Shown here in pieces: positions 1-13,491 of a DNA stretch of 64,000 nucleotides. Source of the DNA: Camelus ferus (Eukaryota); the NCBI RefSeq assembly GCF_009834535.1, contig NC_045696.1, positions 39,124,001-39,188,000 of the forward strand, read 5' to 3'. The stretch's first letter is position 1, and every line of letters begins with the position of its first letter. A program made the translations under genes and the position numbers. The notes beneath the pieces are model-generated. The model was given only the letters and a program-made list of their open reading frames with translations, was not told where the DNA came from and did not search any database.

Positions 1-2230
1 GGGAGTCAGGTGTGTGTGGGAGGAGAGTGGTTGTTCAGTTTTGACCGTGCTGAGTGCCTGTCCACCCGAAGGTGAAGTCCAGCAGGCAGCAGTGCCTACC
101 TCTCTGGAACCTGAGAGAAAGACGTGAGATAAGGACATAGACTGGGAATTTCTCTTCATAGGGACAGACATTGGAAGCAGGGGCCTTGGTCCACTAGATG
201 AAAGAACCAAAAGTGAGCAAAACCTTGGGAAGGAGTGACTTAAGGAGTGGAAGGAAGAAGTAAAAAATGAGAAATGAAAGAAAAGTCCAAGGGAGGAGAA
301 AAACTAGACTAGTGCAGAGTAATGAAAATGAATGTATTTTTGTTGGTTGGTTTTATCCAACACTACGGCATAGACGTCAGCCTGGGCTGTGAACACAAAC
401 ACGCCCATTTAATTCTCATGGTGACCTTCAGGAAGGGAGTATGAATAATCTCGTTTTGCAGATGAGGAAGCTGAGGCTGGGCTCTGGACCACTACATTTG
501 GTTCTGAATTTGGAGAGGATGCTTAATAGTGTAAAATGCTTTGGAGAAAGTGAAGTAGGGGAAGAGCTGAGAAGACAGCTTGCTGAGGGACCTTCCAGAG
601 AGCTGTGTAACACCGCATTTGGGAAGAGCCAGCAAAACAGAGCAAAGCATCTTTGAAAGAACGTGAGGGCGGTAGGGAGCAAAAGCCTGAGAAGATAGCA
701 GTGTTCTGGGAATACTGAAATTCTCTTACTAAAAAACAAACAAACAAACAAAAAAGGACAGGGACACATCTGATTCCACTTCTGATTTGTATATTCTTTT
801 ACATAAATCTGCATAGCGGTTCCCTAACCCTGAGGCATCAGATGGAGCCGCAGGAAGCACAGAATTCCAGGGGTGTCTTAAATGCATTTTAGTGTTCTCC
901 ATTCACCCCAACCTGCCCTGGAACCAGCTTTTATTGCTGTCATTTTCAAAGTGTAAGAACTGAGCATTCAGTTTTTGGGATCCCATTGAAAAGGCTTGTT
1001 CATAAGCCTTTAGAGACTGAATGCCTTTCTCATCTGTCTCGAGGGCTGGAAATGGGCCTTTCATATCCTCTCTGGGTCTGCTCTGCCCTCCTGCTGTCTG
1101 TCCTCAGGTCAGGACCAGGCTGCTCTGATGTGAAGGAACAGCCACAATAATTTAATTACTCATTCAGCTGGTATTTTCCCCTCTGAAGACATTCAAGCCT
1201 CAAACGCGTGTAGATTGAAGCTTTTAACAGGGGAAAGAAGTGAACAAATTATTAATATTAATGACAATTTAGGTCTTTCAAATCATCTTTTGAAGTATAC
1301 GAATAATTTGTGAGCATTAACTTAGAAATCACCCTTTCTGGACTGAATTGTGTGATAATTACAATGATTGTGAACCACTTACAACAATCTTTGCTCTAGA
1401 CAGAGCATTACAGGTGAAAGAAGAAAATCAGTCCAGATGAGAGAGTTCTGCAGTTTTACCCTGAACCAGCCAAGAAAGCAGATGGGATAGACTCCTGGGT
1501 TCTCATGAAGTAACACGTTATCTAAGTGCTTAGCTTGGCACCTCCACTTTGTTAGGTCTCAATAACTGCTAAGTGGGTCTGAAATGGTTCCGATAAATCT
1601 GTATGTGTGACAGTGGCACATAACACTCTAGACAGAGTAGATAATCACACCTGTGTGGCAACTTCCATGAGGCTGGCAACATCTGCCACCTGAAATCTCT
1701 CGCCAACTGAATTGACACCATGCCTAAAAGTCCACTGTGGTTGATTTGGATTTTGGCATTTTGGTTAAGCCCTAATTTCTGCTTAGCATTCACATTTCCA
1801 AATTTAAGCATTCTGCCTCTCCAAAAAGAAATTTATTAAGGTGCCAATAGTATAGTGTAAATTAGTTTGAATGGAACCCTTCTATGACGTAAAGGTTGGT
1901 CAGGCAAAGCGAAAAGAAATGGGGCAAGGTGCGGGGGCTTTTCCTGAAAAGGAGAAGAGAGACATCTGCGCTTCACCACTGCACCCTCTCCTTACTGTCA
2001 CCCGGCTTTGGCCGCTTGGTGCAGCTTCATACCTACGTCTGGGTTCCCAGGGAAAGAGGCCAATCGCACTTCGCTCCTGAGGTTCTCAACCAAATACTGT
2101 GACCTCAGTAATCTGTAACCAACCCTACTAAACCACCACTCTCATTCCCTCTCCACTTATCACCCTTTTTATTTACCGCCCTCGACATTTCTCCTATATT
2201 AATATTTCACAAAGATGTGGAAAGACTTAC

Positions 2231-2383
2231 CCAAGGAAACTCTTGCAGGAACAGCTCTTCGGTCAATCCAAAATGAGACCCATGAAAGCATGACCATCAG
2301 CATAGCTGGGAAATACGTTTGCAGCACAAAGAAGAAAATATGCCTCCTTAGCACAAAGTTGATGAAAAGCCTGTTGTACCAAC
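2231..2383 (-). CDS. GABRR3: GABRR3 coding exon 7 (153 nt; pre-M1, M1, start of M2). The gene continues beyond the left edge.
   Basis: Encodes (G)WYNRLFINFVLRRHIFFFVLQTYFPAMLMVMLSWVSFWIDRRAVPARVSL(G), with the PAR anion-selectivity motif and Ser at M2 2'. tag and GTAAG boundaries. Confidence 0.97.
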
Positions 2384-4199
2384 CTATGAGAAAAAGCCGA
2401 AGTTTTCATCAGAACGGGCTTCCTCATGGCAATCCCACGCTTAGTGAAATGACCTGCTTCTGCAGTCTCCAAGCTCTTAGGGAACGTGGAACGTAATGCT
2501 CTCACCCTTGTTTACCTGCACTGCATCCAATGTTTGTTGAACTACCTGAACTGCAGTCTGTTTAACTATCTGACTCAAATATTCTCCCTTAAATTTCATA
2601 CCTGCTGTTTGGGGATGAATGGTAATTTTATTTTGTGGGATGGCCTTTAAAGACCTTTTGCCAAAATATATCGTATTTGCAATGTTTCTGCTGGTGAAAA
2701 AGTCTTCAATACGTGACTAATGACTGACGCAAGAGGCAATAAACCATTTATTCGCTATAACAAATGAAAGGAAACATTTTATCTGAAGGAAGAGATTCAC
2801 AGTAGCTACTAGGTCACTGGATTCCAAGTTAGGATCCAGACAGCTAAGCATTCAAAGAGGGATTGGGGGAGGGAGTATCTGTAACCTATTTTTATTATTT
2901 CAAAGTTTTATGGGTACCATTAATTTATCTATGACAAATCTGCCAAAAAGTAGCCAAATGATAATGTTTCTTTGTTTCTGTTGGAATTATATGAACTCAT
3001 ACTGGTACTACTGACTGATTAGCGCTGATCAAGAACACCAATTGTGGTCATATCTACACATATACTTTGTTCAGGTTTCCCTTTTCACATTGGCTGCAAG
3101 GAAGCCTACAGGCCAAAATTTTGGACTATCTATAGGATTTCTATGAGTGCTTTTCTCTAATAACCAAACATCGGATTCTATACAATAACTTACCCTTGTT
3201 CTACATTTTACTCTCTCACACATTTTTAATTCATATAATGTTGCTTTATTTCACCATTACTGTGATGCCAATTTTATTAAATCTTTTCTCAAATAAGACA
3301 GTGAATAATAAAATACATAAAAATGAAAATACACCTTACATTAATAAGTGGTGGTTATTTTTTCTATGATAAATGCTGTTTACTTTGAGACAAAATTATT
3401 CAAAACATGGGGACTATAGGTTAAAAATAGTAACACTAAATCATAGGTGTTGCAAAGCTGGAAAACCCTTCTACTTCCTCAGCAGTAATTTCTTACGTAA
3501 CCTAAGATGGCAAACCTATTAGATCAGGTAAATATTTAGGTACTCAGTCTAAGATACACACCTATCCAATCCCCCATGAACTGGCAGACTGGACTCCTAG
3601 TACTGTATTCTTAATTAAGTGCTGACAACCCTTCTCTTTCCTACTTGTTCTGAGGTCCTCTCAGCATCAGTTGATATGTTTCAGGAATACCAAACAATTT
3701 CATTACAAGGGTAATGTAATAAAAGATACACTACATAGTACATTCTAAAGTAAAATATACATTCTGTTTTTAAGCTGCCCATTGTCTTGTATTACCTATG
3801 TTACAGCCCACTTCGTTATGGTTCACAATTGAGAATTTTAATTATGGTTGTAGAGTGGAATAATAGCATCTCTCATGTTATAGTTTCATATAATTATTGT
3901 GAGATTAAAAGAGATGAGGAAAAGCTGTGAAAGTACTTCATAAAGAAAGACACGTTAATGTATATGGTTTTAAGTCTTGAAATAAATTTAGGTAACGAGG
4001 TCTTTCTTTACTCATAATTTTCTGAATTTTTTTTTTTTCTGTAATCAAGCAGGAGAAATGCTGCTCTGTCTTGCAGTTCTTCTGGGAAGGGGAGACTAGG
4101 GACAGTTTGTTGTTGAAGCTGTAGCCAGGAAGAGTTCCCTTTACTCATCAGGAAAAGCAGTGCTGCTTTGGAAAGAGAAGGAGCCCTCATTGTGGGTAG

Positions 4200-4607
4200 T
4201 GTAATAAATACAAAGTCTGACTCCATTTTTGGTATTTGACTGCTGCTAGCTCTCTAGCCCCACTTCCCCTTCTGCCCCACACCTGGGCAAGCTAGTAAGA
4301 AAGCCCAGTGCTCCCTCTTTTGGCACCAGCAGTGGAAGATCAAACTGTGCAAACACGGCCCTGTGCAAGGGGGCCCTCACCGCAGCCCCATTGTCTAACC
4401 ACCACAAAACCCAAGCCAGGCTCCCCTCCCTGTTCTCTCAAGCCATTTCCAGACCTGCTTGGGAGCTGCCCTGCTTTCTCTAGAAAACCTCACTTTTTAA
4501 GTAACAAATCTCTTTATACCTTTTGGTACATGTGTGGTATCACCAATTTAGACATCTGAACTCAACTGTGGGTGGAAGTGTCCATCCACCTCCATCAGGT
4601 TGCCACA
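4200..4607 (+). mobile_element. Solo LTR (ERV1-like, old)
   Basis: TG...CA ends, a gtctgactccatttt start motif and an LTR-like internal layout. Confidence 0.55.
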
Positions 4608-4819
4608 CGATAGAAAGAAGAGGAGTTTATGAAAGAAAGCGAAAGGGCAGGAGAGTGAGCGGCAGGAAGTGGAAGAGACAGGTAGTAACTGGGGAGATAG
4701 TCCAACACAAGGTTCAAGAAGGTTTTCATACCTGGAGACTGTCACCTTCAATGGCCTGTTGATGCTATGGCCTCAACTTGTGTTGAAAGGATAAGGATGA
4801 TTATGTTGATAAAAAGGGT

Positions 4820-5060
4820 GATAATGACAGCTACTAGCTAATATTTTTTGAGTATAGCAGGCAGTATTCTAAGTTATTGGAATTTATTAAATTACGTACC
4901 CTCACAACCCTACAAGGTAGAAACCAACTTAAAGGTGAGGAAATTGAGGCTTAGAGAGATTAAGCAACTTGTCCAAGGTCACATTTGTAATAAGTGGTGG
5001 AGTCAGGATCTGAACTCAGGCAGTCCCTTTCCAGAACTTGTACTTTCAGCCACCACATTA
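4820..5060 (-). mobile_element. MIR SINE (others at ~360-490, 19120-19290, 19960-20120, 23740-23960, 40020-40400, 63520-63760)
   Basis: MIR core gaggaaattgaggcttagagagattaagcaacttgtccaaggtcaca. Confidence 0.8.
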
Positions 5061-7369
5061 AGCTGCAATATACAGTAATTGTTCAATGCATCTCACAGGG
5101 GCAGGAGTCATTTCTTTCTCTTGCTAAATTAACAGTGCATGCTTTTGAGGGGCTCTGAAAGGGATGAGGGGGCAGAAGCCCTCACCTGCTTGTTAACATT
5201 GACAGACAGTGGTGAAGGCAATGACACGGGAAAAAGTGAGTACGTGATGGCTCAGCTATCAAATGGAAACTAAAGGTCTACAACTATAACTATACTTTTG
5301 CTTCTTGTAACCAAAGCCACAAGTACAGTTTTTTTTTTTTTTCCTGTATCACTGATTTGGGAATGGTGGCGATGGTAGTTGTTTTAGTGATAGAAATGAA
5401 GACAAAATATAAAATATTTTTGATGAAATGAATGTTTAATCTGAGAAAAATACTTGAATTTGGCTCTGTGTAGACTGGTAATTTATGGAAAATGTGAGGT
5501 AGAACTATCACTAACTAAAATCAATTTATAAATGTTGATCTGAGACCTCAGAAATGGTTGAATGAACTGAGATATCATTATTGACTTGATTTTTGAATAG
5601 AACTTCCAACACACTTTATTTTAAGTCTTAGAGTCTATTTTAATCTTTCTCATTAAAAAGTATGTCTATTTTAACAAATTAAAAAATAGAGAAGTGTTGA
5701 AATAAAATTGAAAACCTCCCTAATATTTATACTTACTTCTCAAAGGTATCTATCATTAATCTTTCTAAACATTAAAAAACTATATATATACTTTTACAAA
5801 TAGCAAATATGGGATTATATATATATATATTTTCTGTTACTTGTTTTTTTAAATTTTAATTTATTATGAAAACCATGTATATTTGAACCTAATTTTTCTT
5901 TCAGTTTTCTTCAAAAATCAAAATGCTATTTCTTAAAAATGCAACTACATTGGAGTGATAAGAATTTTTACTACATTTTAAAACGACTAAAAGCATCTTC
6001 CTGAGCAGAAAGTTTTTCAGTGCAAGTATTTATTTGACCTTAGGCAGACTCTAAAACATGACCAGAAGGAGATAAAAATCAATTAGTGTCAGAACTGCTT
6101 GGTAGGGCTAAAAAAATCTGACAAACACAAATCAAGAGACAGTGGAGCCAGTAGAATGATACGTGGGTGAAATTAGAATTTAGAAGTGAAATTTAACTGC
6201 TTTTTAAGAGACTGTCTGGATGTATGCTAATGGATACTTAGGCTTCAAGATCTGAGGAAATGTCATTGCCGTTGTTATTATATATGTTATATGTATTCTG
6301 TGCAGGAAACAATACTCTTGAATTTCTATGCTTCATATATATCACATTTTAATAGCTTCAAATATTGCAAAGTTTATTCACAACTTATCATGTGCCAAAG
6401 TTATTTCATCATAGCAGTAGTAAAACAAAAAAGGCTAAATGATACTTTAATGTGCATCATTGTTCACTGCATTACTTTGTTTAAATATTAATTTACTTTA
6501 GAACTAAGGGCATTAAAAATCCTGATAAAAAACATACCTATATTTACTTATATAGAGAAAGACAAAGAGAGAAAAGAAGAAAAAGAAGGAGTAGAAAATA
6601 TGTCAAAATAATAACATAGTTTATCTCCACGAGGTGGGATTATAAAAGCTTTTTCTTTAAACTTTTCTGAATTCTTTCCAAATTATCTACCATTCATTCA
6701 TTCATTCATTTATTTAACAATTAGCTATTGAGTGTCTACTGTGTGCCAGGGATAGATCAATGATCAAAACGAGTAATATGTCACTTATATAAACAGAAAA
6801 GGCAGGAGGAAGCATTATCACAATAAATAGCATCACCTGCTAAATCCCAAGCAATGTAGACAAACAACAGAGTGAGATACAGCATTTCTTCTGGACCTAA
6901 ATAGCGACATAGCTATTGGTCCTAGAAAGTCCTTTAGCTTCTGTGTGATGTAAATTTTGATTTCTCTCTTAATGACTCAGGCTTTTGATAACAAGAGAGT
7001 CCAAGGACAGAGTGGCGCAGCTCTGGGGAGAAAAGTCCCCACCACAAAGTGCAGGAGGGAAAAGGGTTCTAGCCAGGTCAGCCCTGAAATTCAGCGGCAG
7101 CGGTGGCACGCTTTCTGGCCTCAGCAGGGCTTCAGGAATGTACAATGGTGTTTTATACGGGTTCTGCCTGAAATGACCCAGAATGCTACCAACCAGGGAA
7201 GAGGAGGCCCTTTGTAACTTGAATCCATAGGGATCCAGAACAATTTTTTAAGGTGCCTTGGATAAATGTTGTCACAGCACAAAAATATCTGTCATGGAAA
7301 GGAGTATATCATTCAGGCCCAGTTTTGAATAGGTTTTCTATTTTGACACACTTTCCTGATTGATCAATC

Positions 7370-8040
7370 CAGATGCTGTTTATTGAGCACCGATCACAGC
7401 CCAGGCACGTTTCTGGTGCTGGGGAAGAAATGGTGAACAAGGCAGACAGATCCCTGCAGCCTCTGTATCTGGCCCTCAGACAATAAGGCAGTCACACAGA
7501 GACGTATTTCAGGAAGGGGTAAGTGCTGTGAAGACAGACACAAATTGGGGATGGTGAGGAGGGAAGACTCTTCTAGACAGGATGGCTAGGAAAGCGTTCA
7601 TGGAGGAGATGACATTTGAACAAAGTCCTGAGCGAAAAAGGAGGAAGGAAGCTGGTCATAAAAAGATGGCAGAAAAGCATTCCAAGCAGAGAGAAGAAAG
7701 GGCTAAAACAGAAGCCCTGCAGATGGAATGAGATGGGTGTGCTTGAAGGCAAACAAGAGGCCAGAGTGGGGTGAGCAGGTATGGTGGAGGGGCCAGGAGT
7801 GGCTGGTGAGGTCAGATTGACCGTAGATGAAGCCAAATCATGTAGGGACTTGTAGGCCATGGTGAGCTTAAATTCTTCCATAGGTTTGATGGAAAAACAC
7901 TGGAGGGTTTTGAGCAGGAAAAAACCCATGCTTTTTATGTTCTCAAAAGAATACCCTGTCTGCTGTATAATGAGTAGCCTGCAGGGGCTGAGTAGAAGCA
8001 AGATGTCTAGTTAGAGGTGGTTACATGAGGAAGACAGAAA
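7370..8040 (-). mobile_element. L2 LINE fragment
   Basis: tttattgagcacc...ccaggcac 3' end and typical L2 motifs (ggaggagatgacatttgaaca, ggagggttttgagcagg). Confidence 0.7.
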
Positions 8041-8047
8041 TGTGACC

Positions 8048-8530
8048 AGATGGTTGGTCCCTGACTTTGGATGACTTGACTTAGGATTTTTTGACTTAAT
8101 CATGATGTGAAAGCAATACACGTTCAGTAGAAACTATACTTCCAATTTTGAATTTTGATCTTTCCCTGGGCTAGCGATACTGTTTCATGACACTGGGCAC
8201 GGACAGTGAGCCACGGCTCCCAGTCAGCCCCACGATCGTGAAGGTGAACAACCGATATGTTTACAACCATTCTGCACCCAGACAACCATTCTGTTTTCCA
8301 CTTTCAGTACAGCACTCAACAAATTACAGGAAAAAGTCAACATTTTATGATAAAATAGGCTTTGTGTTAGTTGATTTTGCCCAACTGCAGGCTAATGTTA
8401 AGTGTTGTGGGCACGTTTAAGGTAGGCTATGCTAAGCTATGATGTTCTGGAAGTTAGCTGTAGTAAATGTATTTTCAACTTAGGATGGGTTTATTAGGAG
8501 GTAACCCCATTGTAAGCTGAGGAAGATCTG
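8048..8530. mobile_element. TcMar-Tigger non-autonomous DNA transposon (MER47/Tigger5-like)
   Basis: Degenerate terminal inverted repeats cagatg.../...gatctg and a characteristic end (gatgggtttatt...gtaaccccattgtaag). Confidence 0.65.
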
Positions 8531-8679
8531 TCTTGGAAAGTGGAGAGGCTGCCTGTAAATGAAGGATGATGTTTTTGGCCAAATGGGATGCTTGTTTGGA
8601 CTTAAGTCTTTCCACATGTGCTTTGCAAATGATAGATGCTCAATAAATGCTGATGAATTGTCCACATAAAATACTGTAC

Positions 8680-8820
8680 CTGTACTGCTATAGAAAGCAA
8701 ATCCACTGGATGCACTGAACTCCTCGATGAAGAACTGAGAAAGGGAGATGTGTTCATCAGTATTTAGGGACTTGTTTCCGTGTTTCCAGTACAGCATTAG
8801 ATCCTCCTCATTGTAGGCAT
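8680..8820 (-). CDS. GABRR3: GABRR3 coding exon 6 (141 nt; loops B, F, C)
   Basis: Encodes (Y)AYNEEDLMLYWKHGNKSLNTDEHISLSQFFIEEFSASSGFAFYSST(G) (ORF 8480..8797). Acceptor tag at 8821-23 and donor GTACAG. Confidence 0.96.
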
Positions 8821-9855
8821 CTAAGACAGGACAATAGCATTCTTGTAATTAGAATAGGATCTTGTAAGTTAGTTCCCTGAGTTCTATGACCCATGTTTTA
8901 TATACTTCTGTATCCCCAGGGACATGTATACAATGTCACATATATATCAGGTGCCAAATATGTTTGCCAACAGACTGATGATACTCACACCTTCAAAAAG
9001 GAAAAAAAAAAAACCCTTCAAAAATTAGACTCTGACTACTGACATAGTGTGGAGACTTTTCTTGTGCCCACATGATGCATTAAAACTCTCCAAAGAGCTG
9101 CTCCCATGCCTGTGTGCACTAAACAATGTCATAGCATCACTTCTCAGGCACAGGCCTGACCCCGAGTCTTTAGGCTCCTTCAGTTCTGTAGCTCTCTTGG
9201 ATGAAATTCCAAAGTGAGCCGAGCTTGTAAAGAATATTTTTTTCTAAAATCGATAGTGTTATATAAAGTTTATAATGGATTTGGGGAGAGGCGTCTATGT
9301 AGGAGACATTCATTGAGATTCCCAGCATTTTACCCACATCATGAAAAACTGCAGTCAGCTTTCAAGATGTCATGTCAAAAACAGCAGGTGGGTCAAAGTT
9401 ATTGACAGGGAGCCAGCTTGGTTCTTTGGCAGGACTTTGATTAGGGGGTCTTTGTGTAGAACTGGACTTTTCTGGAGAACCCAAGAACACTTAATGGAAA
9501 CTTGGGATTCATATGGGAACAAAAATTCCAGAGCTTTCCAAATCTGTCAGTCTATGTTAATAATGTTAGTAAGAATACACTTTTCTAGGGAGATGTCCCT
9601 TTAAAACCATTGTGGAAACCACAGAATATGTAGTTATCAAAGCATTTTTTCCTTGAATCTTCTATCTTCTCATTTGAGAGAAAATTTGCCATCATCCTTA
9701 GTAGAAAACAAACCAACCACACAGCTGTTTTGGATAAACATATTTAACTTGTATGAAGATGTTTAAATGCTTGTTAAGAGTGTGCGCACTTATATACAAG
9801 TTGTGAGGGTGAGTTCCAATCACGCATACTCACTCCGTCAGGGAGTAGCACTTAC

Positions 9856-9938
9856 AGCTTTCCAGTTCAAGGGAACAGTTTTGAGCGTCAAGAGGAAACC
9901 TGCTGAAATCCATAAAGCACATGGCCGAAACAGTTATC
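9856..9938 (-). CDS. GABRR3: GABRR3 coding exon 5 (83 nt; Cys-loop)
   Basis: Encodes ITVSAMCFMDFSRFPLDAQNCSLELES, with the signature C-x13-C Cys-loop. Polypyrimidine-tag acceptor and GTAAG donor. Confidence 0.97.
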
Positions 9939-10911
9939 CTATAGAAAAAATGAGAAAAAGAAAACTGCAGATCATTTAACTACATGGTCAAATAAACCAT
10001 GCAGCATTGAAGCTTTCCTATCGAATGCAAAACAGGCATTAGCCTCTTCCATCCAAGTAACCCATGAGGAAGCGAACACAGGAAGGTGGGTGATTTGCTA
10101 AAGACACAGAGTTAATGAGTGAATTCCTGCTCTAATAATTGCTTCTGATCTCACCACTTCCTGGTCAGCTTCGTCTGTATTTTCTGGCTCTGATGTTTTC
10201 AGAAAAACACACTTCAAAGTTAGAAGATTTTTCAATAGATTTAAATATTTTCTACCTTTTGGAAAATCCAAACTTTAAATGGTTTCCAGCAATAAAGAGC
10301 TGGAAATGGTGGTCATAAAAACCTTTGGGTAAATGTTTCTTTCACAAAGCAAGTTTACTCGAGGAAATTATCTTTCCAGGAGTGAGGGGAAAACCTGGAG
10401 CATTTTCAGTTATAGACCTATGTGCAAAATGCATAATTCAGGTGCTATTAAGTCAAAAGGTTTGCATATTGATTAGGAATTATTTTTTCCCCAAATTTTA
10501 TGTCCTCCTAGATTTTCCTGGCTTGGCTTCAGGCAGAGGTTGCTGTACTATGGTCCTGCCTCAAAGTAGAAGCTTTGGTATCTACAATAGCAGATCAGAG
10601 GTTCACAAAAGGCCCCTGAGCAAGTCTGCAAAAAACAAAAGCAACAGCTGCTCCTACCCCTGGTGCCCCCAGGTTAATCAGAGAAGCAGAACCTTTTTTT
10701 TTTTTTTTCCTGCCGGGGTTGAATTCTACTGCCGATAGTTATGCAGCAAAATGCCAGGTCAGGCAGGTGTCTGGATGACTGTGCCACAAAACACACTCAT
10801 CTTGACATCTTCCTGGTACTTTAAAGCTGGAAAGGACTTCTGAAGTCTTTGAGTCTACTTCCTTCAGAGTACCTGTGAATAAATTAACAACCGAGGAGGT
10901 CAGATAGGCAC

Positions 10912-11296
10912 TGTGAAAGAAAAAATTATTCCTGACACTTGTTAAAGAATGGTAAGGCAGACTCCATTTAAGAGGATTACTATATATTTTTTAAATAGGG
11001 AAGAGAGATTGGGCTCAACTCCAAATATAACAAGTGGAAATTTATAGCGAAGGAACAGGGGGTTGGGGGTCAGTGGATGGAAAATTACCAAGAGGAAACA
11101 TCAGGGGTTGGGGGGTTCTGGCTAAATGGACCTGAGAGGATTCTTGCTGAAGACGGGCCAGGGTGATCAGCTATCACCTGGGGTTTAGGGGCAGGGTAGG
11201 TGGATGTGGAACCTCATCAGATACAGAGGGTGATCAGACGTTGAGAATGGGGGATTCTGGCTAAACTAATTTGGTCAAGGAGAGAATCGCTGTCCG
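10912..11296 (-). mobile_element. LTR, MER31-like
   Basis: Runs from tgtgaaagaaaaaattattcctgacacttgttaa to ggtcaaggagaga, resembling the recalled consensus ends. Confidence 0.6.
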
Positions 11297-11385
11297 TAGA
11301 CGGTGTGAGAACCCAGCCTGAGGCCATGTGACCTGGCTCTGGGCTTGGACTGGCTCTGCCGTCAGCTGAAATCGCTGAGTCTTTC

Positions 11386-11870
11386 TGTATTCGGGATCTC
11401 CAAGACCAACATCAGGTTCAACAATTCACTAGAAGGGCTCACAGGACTCCTCAAAGCTGTTAGGCTAACAGATGATGGTTTACTGCAATGAAAGAGACCA
11501 GCTAAAATCAGCAATGAAGTAAGGTGCACAGGGCAGGTTCCAGGAGAGACCAGGAGCAAGTTTCCCATTGTTTTGTTCTCGTGGGTCTATGTGGACGGCG
11601 CTTCTCTTCGCAGTGATGCATGACAACATGCAGGGAAGATACGTGAGCCCTGGGGTCCAAAGTATTAACTGAGGGTTGGTCACACAGTTATGGCTGACCT
11701 TAGTCTTCAGCCCCTCCCGAGGTCAAGTTGATACCGTGTGGCTCAAGGCCTCCAGTAAATAAAGACACACTTATCAGGCAGGACATTCCAAGGGCTTGTA
11801 GGTTATTTCCCAGGAGCCAGGCAAGAGCCAAACATTTCTTTGGAATGTGTAGAGTAAAGGACAACCCACT
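11386..11870 (-). mobile_element. LTR, MER21/MER77-like
   Basis: Contains ccaagaccaacatcaggttcaacaattcactagaagg and atcaggcaggacattccaagggctt. Confidence 0.6.
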
Positions 11871-12144
11871 GAATCAATTCTTTAGTGGATATCCTCTCAT
11901 CAAAATAATACAAAACAGTAGATTCCTCGGCCAGATGGGGCTGTCTTCTTCTGATTCCCTAGTGAGGCTTGACTCCAACACTTCTTACAGTCCTATGTTA
12001 CTCCTGATTTAAAAGTCCTATGGAAAGTAGTATTTTCCTTTAATAGCACTTTTTAAAAAAACATGGGCAACTTTTATGAAATGTCTGGTAATAGCATCTT
12101 TGTACTAAAGTGAGCAAGGTGTTTTTGATGAACAAAGAGACTCG

Positions 12145-12645
12145 GTATTGCTTTCCCGTTTCCACTGTAACAAATTACCATAAAATGTGGTGGCTTAAAA
12201 CAACAGAAATTTATTCTCTCAGAGTTCTGGAGGCCAGGAATCTGAAATTACTATCACTGGACTGAAATCAAGGCATCAGCAAGGCCCTGTTCCCTCCAGA
12301 GGCTCTGGGGGGAGGTTCATTCCTTGCCTCTTACAGCTTCTGGCAGTTGTCAGCATTCCTGGGCTGCTGGTTGCAGGGCTCCAATCTCTGTCTTCACGGT
12401 CACACTGCCTTCCACTCCTCCACTTGTGTCACATCCTTCCTCTGCTTTTCTCTTACAAGGATACTTACGGTTGCATTTAGGTCCCAACCAGATAATCCAA
12501 AATAATTTTCCTATCTATCTCAAGACCCTTATTGTAATCACATCTGCAAAGATTCCCCCCCCCCCAAATAAGGTAACCTTCACAGGTTCCAGAAATTAGG
12601 ACATGGATATCTCTTGGGGAGCTATTTTATTTTCAGTTTACTACT
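12145..12645 (-). mobile_element. MaLR LTR (MLT1C/D-like)
   Basis: Hallmark sequence gtaacaaattaccata...ggcttaaaacaacagaaatttattctc...ttctggaggccag. Confidence 0.8.
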
Positions 12646-13267
12646 GAATCTTTCTGGGATTTCTAAGACATGCAAAAAAAAATTGAATTGCTTGGATTTA
12701 CCAAAACTTTTTGGGTTACCTAAGATAAGCCACTTAGTATGCACAGGACTCATTAGGTTTAAATAAGATATGGTATATTAAAGATGGAGGACACCCATGG
12801 CATAGTGTCAGAACAAATGTTTTAAATTAAAAATTTTTTTAATTTTCAAAATTTTTTAAATGAAGAAATTAGGGGTAACCTGGATGATGACTAGATCTTC
12901 CTGTGAGAAATGGGGATAGTTCACAAAATTATTTAGTTAATCCAAGATTCCAAAATGGCTTGGTGGGGTGCAGGGTGGAGTGGAGTTGGTAAGGAGGAAA
13001 AGCAGTTTTGTGTACCCATAAAATTGACTCTTAAGGATGTCCATAATTCTCCAATATATGCCCAGAGTGGGTACAGTTAGAATAGGAAACCACTCTTTAA
13101 AACCTAGAAATTAGAACCAAGAGAAAAATCACATCTTCTGCTTGCCCCCAAGCTCTAGCATGACTACATACAGCAATACTGTGAGTTTAGCCTGAAGTGA
13201 GACCCACCAGCTGTGGTGTGGATGGTGGGGTATGAGAAAGCCAAAGGCAGCAAACAGCGCTCCTCAC

Positions 13268-13491
13268 CTGGCACTGAACAGGACGTTTCCATCAGGGTGT
13301 ACACGCAGCATGATGTTCTCCATGGTTGTATCATGGATGAAGGATCTTTTAGAATGGACAAAAAAGATATCAGGCACCCAAATCCTTTTGATTAATCTAT
13401 GATCAAAGGTCATGCTTTTGTTGGTTTTGCTGGGAAAGGAGAGCCTTTCATCTTTCCAGTAATGCCTGAGATAAAAAGTCATTGTAAAGTC
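13268..13491 (-). CDS. GABRR3: GABRR3 coding exon 4 (224 nt; loops D, A, E)
   Basis: Encodes DFTMTFYLRHYWKDERLSFPSKTNKSMTFDHRLIKRIWVPDIFFVHSKRSFIHDTTMENIMLRVHPDGNVLFSA(R) (ORF 13264..13482). Contains the WVPD motif; tag and GTGAG boundaries. Confidence 0.97.

Noticed and set aside
7573..8001. 142-aa ORF
   Set aside because: It lies within a decayed L2 element.
8480..8679. Extension of the exon-6 ORF past SSTG (TVFYVDNSSAF...) as a secreted isoform
   Set aside because: It is read-through into the intron and transposon sequence. The donor GTACAG is non-consensus at +3 to +6, but exon size and phase match the family, and there is no transcript evidence.
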